Source: a virus (taxonomy: Duplodnaviria; Caudoviricetes). From it: a stretch of 64,000 nt of DNA. Shown piece by piece: positions 1-8,566 of the stretch. The notes beneath the pieces were generated by a model that searched no databases, was not told the DNA's origin, and worked only from the letters and a program-made list of their open reading frames with translations. The stretch covers positions 1 to 64,000 of the IMG/VR virus record IMGVR_UViG_3300036794_000053; one strand, given 5' to 3'. Each line of letters starts with the position of its first letter. Within the stretch, counting starts at the first letter, position 1. A program made the position numbers and the translations under genes.

Positions 1-210
1 GCTCCCACCCGAACCGACAAACCGACCCTGGCCGAGCCTGACATCAACCCTTCCCGACTATCCAAGCCTCCCCTTCCCGTGTCGGCCCCACCCTCTCCGA
101 CAACCCGTCCCTGCCCGAGCCCTTTCGCCCCGCTCCATCCCGACTATCCGAACTGCAGGACACAAATGACCCACGCGTGTACCTGGACCCAACGCAATCC
201 CATCCAATTC
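1..210 (+). repeat. Periodic pentamer array (NNNCC)n punctuated by GAC; candidate guide-RNA locus, truncated by window edge
   Basis: GAC at 16, 56, 99, 142. Units 56-98 and 99-141 are exactly GAC + 8 pentamers (TATCC AAGCC TCCCC TTCCC GTGTC GGCCC CACCC TCTCC; AACCC GTCCC TGCCC GAGCC CTTTC GCCCC GCTCC ATCCC). Degenerate pentamers continue at 186-210. Transcribed strand unknown. Confidence 0.85.
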
Positions 211-222
211 GAAGGAGAAAAA

Positions 223-930
223 ATGACTACCAGTCTTGTCACGAGCGCGTTCGAGAAGTACATTCCGAAGGCGTGGCCTTACGAGTACTCTGGTACTCTC
301 CACATCAATCGGATCGCGGGTGGTGTCCCGACGAATCCGAATGTTGCGAAAGCGTGGATTGAGACTAAGCTCGGTAAGCAGACCGACGACATCATCCGCA
401 AGCAGGTTGTGGAGACGATGACTCAGCGCGGGGTTTCCATGGAGGAAGCCGTCGAGCTGGTCGACTCAAACAAGCACCTCAACGGTTTCAAACGGGACAA
501 GGCGCACGAAAACACCCTCTACATCGAGGGCCGTCAGCTGAAGGCCGCTATCAAGGAAGCCGCGTCGTGTGCGGTGGCGGTGGGTAAGCTTCCGTCCCGC
601 GGGTGGGGTGCCACGAACAAAGGTTCGAAAGCTTTCGTCGCCGAGCATATTTGTGTGGTGGAGGACATTCTCCACTTGGGTGTGACGGAGCCGACGGGTA
701 TCGCGCAGCGGTTCGTCGCCACCCACAACGGCACAGGTATCCAATATGAGGAGTATGTCGATGACGTCGACATCGACTTCACAGTAATTACTGACCACAA
801 GTTTCCGGAGGAGCAGTGGGCGATGTTGTGGCTCACCGGACAGGAACAAGGTATCGGTGCGACCCGGTCACAAGGCTACGGCCGTTACACCGTTACCCGC
901 TGGGACGCTGTGAGGACCCCACAGCAATGA
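223..930 (+). CDS. Stand-alone Cas7/RAMP-superfamily-like protein (235 aa)
   Basis: ATG 223 after GAAGGAG RBS. LYIEGRQLKAAIKEAA resembles the RAMP 'yIpGsslKGaiR' motif. C-terminal G-rich loop GIGATRSQGYGRY. Confidence 0.75.
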   Translation: MTTSLVTSAFEKYIPKAWPYEYSGTLHINRIAGGVPTNPNVAKAWIETKLGKQTDDIIRKQVVETMTQRGVSMEEAVELVDSNKHLNGFKRDKAHENTLYIEGRQLKAAIKEAASCAVAVGKLPSRGWGATNKGSKAFVAEHICVVEDILHLGVTEPTGIAQRFVATHNGTGIQYEEYVDDVDIDFTVITDHKFPEEQWAMLWLTGQEQGIGATRSQGYGRYTVTRWDAVRTPQQ

Positions 931-1142
931 ACCTCACTGTGTATGTGACAGCCGATTTGCACAGGCGTATGAAACGCGCGGAGCCCAGGATCAATATGTC
1001 TGACCTGGTCACGAAAGCGATTGAGGCTGAGCTGACGCGGCGCCAGGACGAAGCTGACCGCCAGCTCAGGTGGGCGGAGGAAATCTATGGCGACAAGATT
1101 CGGCCGTTTCCCTGGCTGCCGAGATGGAGGTATGGCGCGTGA
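927..1142 (+). CDS. Small ribbon-helix-helix-like DNA-binding protein
   Basis: ATGA overlap with upstream gene. MNLTVYVTADLHRRMK...INMSDLVTKAIEAEL fits the beta-alpha-alpha RHH pattern. Confidence 0.6.
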   Translation: MNLTVYVTADLHRRMKRAEPRINMSDLVTKAIEAELTRRQDEADRQLRWAEEIYGDKIRPFPWLPRWRYGA

Positions 1143-1909
1143 GTGAGGTAGCGGTCATAACCGAGCCGATCGACGCTGATGGGATCGCCGCGCTCCCACC
1201 CGAGCTGCGCGGTCAGGCAGTCACTTTGGCTTTGGCCCAGTCGAAAGAGTGGCTGACTGTCGCCACAAGGAGCACCGACCCGACCCGTGTCCAGGAGTTC
1301 AAGATGTGGGCGGCGGCTGTCGAGGAGATGACGCGTCAGAAGAAGCTTTCGGAGGAGATTCAGCTTGATGCGCAGGAGATGCTTCGGCGAGCTGAGCGTG
1401 GTGTCGCGCTGGTCCAGGCTGAGATGGATCGAGCTGGTCTGCTCCGTGGTGCTGGGCGCCCTGAGAAAATTCCTCACATTGTGAAGGATTTCGAGTCAGC
1501 GAGTTCGTTGTACAGCAACACGCGGGAGTACGTGGATGCGCAGGATATGGCTAGGGGTGTCTCCGATGAGGACTTCGAGGACGTTATCCAGGAGGAGCGT
1601 GCGGCGCCGAAGCCGAATATGAGTCGTCGGAACATTGCGAGGAAGTCGCGTGAGCGTTCTGGCCGCGAGGTGATCCCCCGCAATACGCGGCCGGCGAGGT
1701 TCGAGGTGGACGTCGGAGACTCAGCGTGCGCCCCTCCGGTGTTGAGGGAAGACATGATTCGGGAGATCAGTGAGTGGGGGTTCGCTGGCCGCGACCTCAT
1801 CCCAGCTTTATCTGTGGATGAACGTAACTACATGATCCAGGTCTTAGTGAAACTCGAAGGTGAGCTTAGAACCTCACCCGTCACAGTCGTTCAGGAGGAA
1901 CAACCGTGA
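1139..1909 (+). CDS. Hypothetical phage protein
   Basis: GTGA overlap with upstream gene; long helical ORF in operon. Confidence 0.7.
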   Translation: MSEVAVITEPIDADGIAALPPELRGQAVTLALAQSKEWLTVATRSTDPTRVQEFKMWAAAVEEMTRQKKLSEEIQLDAQEMLRRAERGVALVQAEMDRAGLLRGAGRPEKIPHIVKDFESASSLYSNTREYVDAQDMARGVSDEDFEDVIQEERAAPKPNMSRRNIARKSRERSGREVIPRNTRPARFEVDVGDSACAPPVLREDMIREISEWGFAGRDLIPALSVDERNYMIQVLVKLEGELRTSPVTVVQEEQP

Positions 1910-2322
1910 GTTACTTTGTAGAGATCGACCAGAACGCGATCAACGTGGGACGCAGACACCAACGCGGTAAGTGCGCCATCGCGTATGCAATCGCTAACCG
2001 ATATCCGGAGGCACGGCACATCAACGTGGACCGTGACGAGGTCAGGTTCACCGACTCCTACGAGCGGGTCCGGCACTGCTTCAAGATGCCGGATAACGGC
2101 ACCGAGTTCGTCGACAAGTGGGACGCGGACGAACCAGTCGAACCGTTCCGGTTGAACCTCACTCCGAGCTTGGAGAAGTGGAATAAGCCGGCGAAGGAAC
2201 GCAGCCCGCGCGACCTGGTGCGGACCACGCACGTGAACACCGAGTTGCCGTTGGCGCCGCGGAGCGTGTCACCGAAGTCGATCGCTACTAGGCCGATGAA
2301 GAAGCAGGAGGCCGGAAGTTGA
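1906..2322 (+). CDS. Hypothetical protein
   Basis: AGGAGG RBS, GTGA overlap. Confidence 0.7.
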   Translation: MSYFVEIDQNAINVGRRHQRGKCAIAYAIANRYPEARHINVDRDEVRFTDSYERVRHCFKMPDNGTEFVDKWDADEPVEPFRLNLTPSLEKWNKPAKERSPRDLVRTTHVNTELPLAPRSVSPKSIATRPMKKQEAGS

Positions 2323-2467
2323 CCTCCGCCGGCCGTCACCGCGGGGACCGCCCCAACCCAACCTTGCAGGGGCTTCGCGGCCGAACCACGCATCACATGA
2401 ATGATCGTGGGAAAGTCCCCGCCCATTTCATCATCGATCTCATCAAAACCGAGAAGTCGAAGGTTGC

Positions 2468-2743
2468 GTGATGACGGATGAAGAGCCGAAGAGGAAGGCG
2501 CCTGCGAAGCCTCGGGTGCGTCGTCTTGCCGCGGCAGCAGCCGCCGAAGCCGAAGCCGAAGCGGGATCAGCGTCGCAAGCCTGGTTCGAGCCGTTAACGG
2601 AGAAGTGGTTTGACGAGGTGCCACCGCCGTGGCTGGCTGCGTGGTCGCAGGATGACACGCCGATTGGTTGCGAGTTGGCGCGGGAGAAAGCCCGTGCGGT
2701 CGCGGCTGCTATCCCGAAGCAGGAGACTCCGAAAGATGCGTAG
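2468..2743 (+). CDS. Hypothetical protein
   Basis: ORF in rightward gene run. Confidence 0.5.
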   Translation: MMTDEEPKRKAPAKPRVRRLAAAAAAEAEAEAGSASQAWFEPLTEKWFDEVPPPWLAAWSQDDTPIGCELAREKARAVAAAIPKQETPKDA

Positions 2744-2964
2744 CTGATTCGTCCGGTTGGTTTTACCGCGGCCGGCCCGGATGGTGTGGATCATCGTGTT
2801 GCCGTGTCGATTCCGTCGGTTGAGTGGGATCGGACTGAGGTTTTAACAGTGTGTGGTTTGTTGATTGTGTTGCATCCGTGGTCGTGTGAGGCGGTGTTTC
2901 ATGCGCGGGATGGTTTATGCCCAAGTTGTTGGGATTCGTTGTTCACAAGGGAGAGGCAAGACTG

Positions 2965-3654
2965 ATGTCCATTGATCTGGAGATGTACGCTCAGATCGTC
3001 CTCAGCCGCGGCGGTCACTCGATGCGCTCGTCGGGGTTGTGTTTGATGGAGGCGGCGGCGCTCATCGCCGGCGAGAAACACTCCGACCACCCGGGGTGCG
3101 TGTCATACACGCTGACCTCTTTCGGGATCGGGTTGAATGATCAGCTGCCGGACGATTTGCGGCAGGAACTGAAGCAGCACATCCCCGCGCTGATCGGTAC
3201 CCGCGACGACGGGTTGGACGTGCAGCGTAAGCACATGTCGTTCGACTGGCTGGCGCGGACGTGGCTGCCCACCTTCCTGGACTTGCCGGCCGACTCGCAG
3301 TGCGCCGAGGCGGCTCAGCAGCTCCGCGACCTCGGCGCCATTACGGACCGAGAGTCGGTGTGTGATGCTGTTCAGCTGGTGGAGAAGGTTTGCGCGGATG
3401 TGCCGGGATCGGCTGGCAATACTCGGTACGGCACGCCGGTGGGGTCGTCCATGTATTACCCCGCGGTCAACGCCGCGTACGGCATCCCGTTTGACGGGAG
3501 CATTTTGGGCGGCCGCAAGCAGAGCCTGCTCGAATCGGGGCTGACGAGCCTCGCCGGGCACGCCATCGAGGCAAGTACACGCGACGTTGATGCGACGGTG
3601 CGTGAGCTGCAGCTGTCCGCGATCGGCCTTTACGGCGACATGATCAAGGCCTGA
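2965..3654 (+). CDS. Hypothetical protein (CLMEAA...SDHPxCVS family)
   Basis: AAGGGAGAGG RBS before ATG 2965. Confidence 0.7.
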   Translation: MSIDLEMYAQIVLSRGGHSMRSSGLCLMEAAALIAGEKHSDHPGCVSYTLTSFGIGLNDQLPDDLRQELKQHIPALIGTRDDGLDVQRKHMSFDWLARTWLPTFLDLPADSQCAEAAQQLRDLGAITDRESVCDAVQLVEKVCADVPGSAGNTRYGTPVGSSMYYPAVNAAYGIPFDGSILGGRKQSLLESGLTSLAGHAIEASTRDVDATVRELQLSAIGLYGDMIKA

Positions 3655-3695
3655 CACACATACCCCGAGAAACACACGACAAGGAGAGGCCGTAA

Positions 3696-5168
3696 GTGGC
3701 GACGACTGTAGTGAAGAAGTTGGTGGACTCCGATCTCATCACCGGCGATGAGATCGAGTTCCGCACCGACGACAAGAAACTCATCACGCTGCCGAAGGGC
3801 ACGAAGTACAGCGAGTTGATGAGGATTCTGGAGGCGAAGAAGCAGGAACAGGAAACTGTTGCTGACTTCACCCGAGTCTTCAATTACCGCCCGTATGACG
3901 GTGCGGTGGCCACCGCGATCGTGCTCAAGGCTAGGTATGGGTTGGTGATGGGGAAAACCCTCACCATCCAAACCCCGTTCGGTGAGCAGAAACGGCCGCC
4001 GCAGGTGTTGGAGGTCCCGATCGGGCCGGGTGGGAAGTCGATGCAGGCGCCGTGGGGGTGCATCGAGATTCCCGTGATCGAGGGCGGCGAGGTGCATCTG
4101 GGTGCGACGACGCACTCCGATTTCGGGTCGGTGTTCTTTATCCGGATTCGGGCGAAGCGGATGTACGCGAAGGAAGCGGAGGAGTTTTTCGCCGAGATCG
4201 CGGAGCAGTTGAAGAACGCGAGCATCTACCGTGGTAAAGCGGTGGCGGGTGCCGATGAGTTGGCGTTCATCGAGGACCTGGACAAGTTCGATCCGAAGCA
4301 GATCGTGTTCGCCGCCGGGATTCAGCAGCAGCTGGAGGCGGCGTTGTATTCGCCGCTGCGTCATCCGCAGGCGTACCGGTCGGAGAAGATTCCGCTGAAG
4401 CGCGCGGTGCTGTTGCACGGCCCGTACGGAACAGGGAAGACCAGCATCGGGATGTTGGTGGCTCAGGAGGCGGTGAAGGCGGGGTGGACGTTTGTGATGG
4501 CCCGCCCGGGCCGTGACCGCGTCCAAGATGTCCTCACCACTGCCCGGTTGTATGCGCCGGCTGTGGTGTGGGTGGAGGACATCGACACCGACACCGGCTC
4601 CAGCAACCCGAAGTCGATCTCCGAGATGCTGGATGCGTTTGACGGCATCACCACCAAGCAGGGTGAGATCATGATCGCCCTATCCACCAACCATATCGAT
4701 CGCGTGCCACCGGGAATGTTGCGTCCTGGCCGTCTCGACTATGTGTTGGAGATCGCGGCGCTGGATCGGGAAGCGACCGAGCGGCTGATTCGGGTGGTGG
4801 TGGCGCCTGGGAAGTTGGCGAAGAACGTCGACTTCGACGCGGTGTACGCGGAGATGGATCATTTCCTCCCCGCGTTTGTCCGGGCCACAGCCGATCGGGC
4901 CAGGTCGTTCGCTATCCACCGCACGAACGGTCGCACCGACTATGTCCTCACCACGGAGGATTTGGTGGGTGCGGCGCGGAGTCTGCATTCCCAGCGTGCC
5001 CTGCATCAGAGCGCGCAGGACCCGGCGCCGTTGCCGTCGGTGGATAAGGCGTTCCGTGACGCGGTCACGAAGGCCGTGAATGGGGTGCAGATGTTGGACG
5101 ACGACGGGGATTACATGGGGAAGTTGACTGTTCCCGCCGCTCCCGTCGCGCGGCCACTAAGAACCTAG
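3696..5168 (+). CDS. Classical AAA ATPase (single AAA module, long N-terminal region)
   Basis: Walker A GPYGTGKT, Walker B VVWVEDID, second region of homology TNHIDRVPPGMLRPGRLD. Confidence 0.92.
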   Translation: MATTVVKKLVDSDLITGDEIEFRTDDKKLITLPKGTKYSELMRILEAKKQEQETVADFTRVFNYRPYDGAVATAIVLKARYGLVMGKTLTIQTPFGEQKRPPQVLEVPIGPGGKSMQAPWGCIEIPVIEGGEVHLGATTHSDFGSVFFIRIRAKRMYAKEAEEFFAEIAEQLKNASIYRGKAVAGADELAFIEDLDKFDPKQIVFAAGIQQQLEAALYSPLRHPQAYRSEKIPLKRAVLLHGPYGTGKTSIGMLVAQEAVKAGWTFVMARPGRDRVQDVLTTARLYAPAVVWVEDIDTDTGSSNPKSISEMLDAFDGITTKQGEIMIALSTNHIDRVPPGMLRPGRLDYVLEIAALDREATERLIRVVVAPGKLAKNVDFDAVYAEMDHFLPAFVRATADRARSFAIHRTNGRTDYVLTTEDLVGAARSLHSQRALHQSAQDPAPLPSVDKAFRDAVTKAVNGVQMLDDDGDYMGKLTVPAAPVARPLRT

Positions 5169-5206
5169 ACGGGATGCCCCAACGGGCAGTAGGGGCATCC
5201 CGTCTA
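5166..5206. terminator. Perfect 15-bp inverted repeat hairpin after the AAA gene
   Basis: TAGACGGGATGCCCC-N11-GGGGCATCCCGTCTA; no U-tract on +. Confidence 0.5.
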
Positions 5207-5235
5207 CGGAAACACACAACACAAGGAGAGTAGCA

Positions 5236-5463
5236 ATGCCGAACGTGCTCAACGTGATGGACCGGACTGGTGACAGCCGGATCGAGTGGAATCCGAATGT
5301 GCCGGCCGAGGTGGAGATGGCGCGGGCCGCGTTCAACGCGGCGAAGGACAAGAAGTACCTGACCTACCGCCTCGATGGGGACGGTAACCGGGGTGAGGTG
5401 CTTCGGGAGTTCGATCCGGGTGCCGCTCGGATTGTGGCGTCGCCGCAGCCGCAGGGCGGCTGA
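5236..5463 (+). CDS. Small putative beta-grasp (ubiquitin/MoaD-like) protein ending in GG
   Basis: 75 aa; apparent b-b-a-b-b-b pattern; C-terminus RIVASPQPQGG-stop; AAGGAG RBS. Confidence 0.6.
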   Translation: MPNVLNVMDRTGDSRIEWNPNVPAEVEMARAAFNAAKDKKYLTYRLDGDGNRGEVLREFDPGAARIVASPQPQGG

Positions 5464-5469
5464 TCTGTA

Positions 5470-6177
5470 ATGCCTGACGAGGTGCCCCCGCCAGTGACGG
5501 TTCAGGTCACAATCGGCGGACGGGAAATCTCAACTTCCACCGTCGAGCTCGCTAACTGGTACATGCAACAGTACGAGTTGAATGGTTGGGGAACGACGAG
5601 CGGGGGCACCTTGTCAGGCGGCACTTTCTCGATGACTATCTACCCGACGACGTACACCACCGTGAGTACAAACGAGCCGCGGGTGCTGACGGAAGCGGAA
5701 CAGGAACACCTGGAGCAGCAGCGGGAAATAGCGGAGCAGCAGGTCCGGGAGGAGCAGGCGCAACGTGACGCGCGGCAGGCCCGGTGGGAAATGGCCCGCC
5801 AAGAAGAACGCATGCAGCGCCAGGAAGCCATACGACGCAGCACGGAACTCCTCGAATCACTGCTGAACGACACCCAGCGGGAAAGTTACTGCGCCCACGG
5901 CCACTTTGACGTTGTCGGTTCCGCGGGCAACATCTACCGCATTGAGCAGGGCAGCAACGGCAATATCTTGTGGCTTGTGGACGGCGAGGTCGCCGGCAGG
6001 CTGTGCGCCCACCCGCATTTCGGCGACGCGGGCGGCTGGCTCCCCCTTCCCGACGTCGCTCTCGGGCAAATGCTGGCTTTAGTTACTGACGAACGTGGCT
6101 TCATCGACATAGCGAATGTGCATGCCGGTCGCCGACCTGAATATCCCGAGCTAGAAGAGGTGGAAGCTGATGTGTGA
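5470..6177 (+). CDS. Hypothetical protein: coiled coil + C-terminal domain with LCAHP motif
   Basis: Starts 6 nt after the GG protein; E/Q/R-rich coil then a globular domain. Confidence 0.7.
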   Translation: MPDEVPPPVTVQVTIGGREISTSTVELANWYMQQYELNGWGTTSGGTLSGGTFSMTIYPTTYTTVSTNEPRVLTEAEQEHLEQQREIAEQQVREEQAQRDARQARWEMARQEERMQRQEAIRRSTELLESLLNDTQRESYCAHGHFDVVGSAGNIYRIEQGSNGNILWLVDGEVAGRLCAHPHFGDAGGWLPLPDVALGQMLALVTDERGFIDIANVHAGRRPEYPELEEVEADV

Positions 6178-6481
6178 GGTATGTCGAGTGATCAGGGCGG
6201 CGATCGAGCAGCGGTGCCTGCACCCCGCCGAGGGTGAGATATGCGGGAAGCCGGCGAAAACGCACGTTCGCATGATGGGTGGGATGTCGTTGGCGTGCGA
6301 CGAACATTCCCGCGCGAACAAGTGGCACATCACGGATGCGCACGAGATCGGCCCGTCGTGTGCGTTGCCGGATGCGACGTGGGTTGAGGGCGGCGAGGGT
6401 GAGTCGTCGCGGTGTGAGGTGGACGGTTTGAACGAGCTGTTGGAGGCGGTGTCGTCCGGGAAGATGCCGCCCCATGGCTGA
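6170..6481 (+). CDS. Cys-rich hypothetical protein
   Basis: Overlapping start in operon. Confidence 0.6.
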   Translation: MCEVCRVIRAAIEQRCLHPAEGEICGKPAKTHVRMMGGMSLACDEHSRANKWHITDAHEIGPSCALPDATWVEGGEGESSRCEVDGLNELLEAVSSGKMPPHG

Positions 6482-6814
6482 TGTGGTGGCCGAGTTGCGG
6501 TATTGGGCGCAGGTGTGCGCCGAGAAAGCGGAGTCGTGTCCGTTTGGTGAGCGTGGGGCCTGGTTGGAAGTGGCGGAACGGCTGACGGAACGGGCCGACG
6601 AGCTGGATTCCAAGCCGGGAATTGGGTGGGCTGTGTTCCGTGAGCCCGATGAATGAGGAGCCGTGGACGTGTCCGTGCGGGCACGAATTAGACCCGGACG
6701 ATAGGGAGGTGTGTCTGGTGTGGGATCGGCGGAACAGGGTGCATAAGGTGCGCACGACACGTTCGTGGTGTGAATGCTGCGGGGCTGATCTCGCCGTGTT
6801 GGAGGGGTGGACGC

Positions 6815-7123
6815 GTGATTGATTTCCTGGCCGATGTGTTCTCCCTGGCGTGTTATCTGCTGGTGGGGACACTGTATGCGCGGGCGAATGCGCAGCGGTG
6901 TTACAGCGCGGCGGCGAAAAAGTGGGCCTCAAGGAATATCGATCTGGTGAATGCGTCGTATCGGGAACGGGTCGCGTTGCATGTGTTGGCGTGGCCGATT
7001 GTGTGGCCCACCCAGCTGATCGGCCGGACGGTGGATGCGCCTGTCGGGGATATGGAGTCGGCGTATTCGTCGTGGAAGTACATGCAGGAACAGGTCGCGT
7101 TGGCCCGGAAGGAGCTGGAGTAG
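6815..7123 (+). CDS. Membrane-associated hypothetical protein (paralog of 22712-23095)
   Basis: GGAGG RBS; shared YLxVGxLYAR motif. Confidence 0.6.
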   Translation: MIDFLADVFSLACYLLVGTLYARANAQRCYSAAAKKWASRNIDLVNASYRERVALHVLAWPIVWPTQLIGRTVDAPVGDMESAYSSWKYMQEQVALARKELE

Positions 7124-7474
7124 ATGCCGAATCTTGCTCTGAGGCGTCAGTTGGAGGAGCGGATTGAGCGTGAGCTGGAGGAGCGGATCGAGGCGGTTCG
7201 CCGGTTCGCGGAAGAACACACATATGAGGGACCACTTCCCGAGAGGAAACTGGAGAGTAAGCCCGTGAGTAGCAGGAAGACGCTCGGTATGCAGGCCACT
7301 CGGTGGGCGCAATGCGTGGGCGCTGTGGCCGCTGGTTCTTTTAGCGTCGTGTTCGGCGTGGTGTGGCTGGTCGCCGCGTGGCAGACCCTGTCGATGCAGG
7401 AGGCGTTGGCCATCACGCTCGCTGGGGTGTCGCTGGTCCTGGGTACAGTGTTGTTCGCGGTAACCGAGCGCTAG
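7124..7474 (+). CDS. Membrane protein
   Basis: Two C-terminal hydrophobic segments. Confidence 0.6.
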   Translation: MPNLALRRQLEERIERELEERIEAVRRFAEEHTYEGPLPERKLESKPVSSRKTLGMQATRWAQCVGAVAAGSFSVVFGVVWLVAAWQTLSMQEALAITLAGVSLVLGTVLFAVTER

Positions 7475-8254
7475 ATGACCGAACCACAACAGGTGCTGAT
7501 CGCGGGCGATTGGCACACCAACACCCTGTGGGCGAAGGCGGTGATCGAGAAGCTACCCGAGGCGATACCCGAGGGCCCGCGGATTCTGTTGCACGTCGGC
7601 GACTTCGGATTGTGGCCAGGACCAGAAGGCAAAAGATACCTGTATGAGGTGACGGCCGCGCTCGCCGCGGTGGATGCGGAGTTGTGGTTTGTCGACGGCA
7701 ACCATGAAGACCACGCCCGGTTGACCGCGCTACTCGCGGCCCGTCATGGCAACCGTTCACAACCAATCCCCATCACCGACCGGATCACATGGCTACCGCG
7801 GGGCTACCGGTGGACATGGCACGACCGTGAATGGTTGGCATTAGGTGGGGCTACGTCGGTGGATCGGGCTGTTCGCATTCCTGGCCGTAGTTGGTGGGCG
7901 AACGAATCAATCCACCACGCCGACTTCAAAGCCGCTGTAGCGGGTGGCCACGCGGACGTGATGGTGACCCATGACTGTCCGCAGGGTGTGCCGTTGTCGC
8001 TGTCGGGGAATGTGCCTGGGTGGTGGGAGTTGGGGCCCGCCGAGGAGCATCGGCGCATCCTGCGGCAGATCGTGGACCAGGTCAAACCGTTCTGGCTGGT
8101 CCACGGCCACTACCACCTGTTCCACAACACGGTTGTTGATCTGGGTTGGGGGTGTCTGCGTGTTGTCGGTTTGGATTGTGATGGTGCGTGGGCTGGGCAC
8201 ACCGTGTTGTGCGATGTGCGGGACATGACGTTCAAGGATGTGTTTCGTGAGTAA
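7475..8254 (+). CDS. Calcineurin-like metallophosphoesterase
   Basis: GDWH, GDFG, GNHE, THD and HGHYH motifs. Confidence 0.9.
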   Translation: MTEPQQVLIAGDWHTNTLWAKAVIEKLPEAIPEGPRILLHVGDFGLWPGPEGKRYLYEVTAALAAVDAELWFVDGNHEDHARLTALLAARHGNRSQPIPITDRITWLPRGYRWTWHDREWLALGGATSVDRAVRIPGRSWWANESIHHADFKAAVAGGHADVMVTHDCPQGVPLSLSGNVPGWWELGPAEEHRRILRQIVDQVKPFWLVHGHYHLFHNTVVDLGWGCLRVVGLDCDGAWAGHTVLCDVRDMTFKDVFRE

Positions 8255-8566
8255 CAAAGGATGGCGAGAGCACAATCTGGCGTGCGCGGTGGACACGGTC
8301 GCCGACATCATCGAGTGCATGACGCGGGAAGGCGAGTCACCGCGAACAATCGCCGAGGAACTGGCCAAGTGCAGATTCTTCGACCAGCACAAGGCGAGCC
8401 GGATGTGGCTGTACAAGAAGGACTCGTGGTCGGGGCCGTTGGTGATGCGCGGCGGCGACGAATACCTCAACTCGACCCTGGTGTTCCGTCTCCCTGGCGG
8501 GCGGGCGTTGGTGGTCGCGTTGAATGTGCCGTTGAAGCGGCGATACTGCTCGGGGGGACACCACTG

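Noticed and set aside
1-210. Canonical CRISPR array
   Set aside because: No 23-47-nt identical repeats; conservation is limited to CC every 5 nt and GAC.
79-222. Pro-rich N-terminal extension of the RAMP-like ORF, and the antisense ORF 58-303
   Set aside because: Translation artefacts of the CC-periodic array; the strong RBS supports ATG 223.
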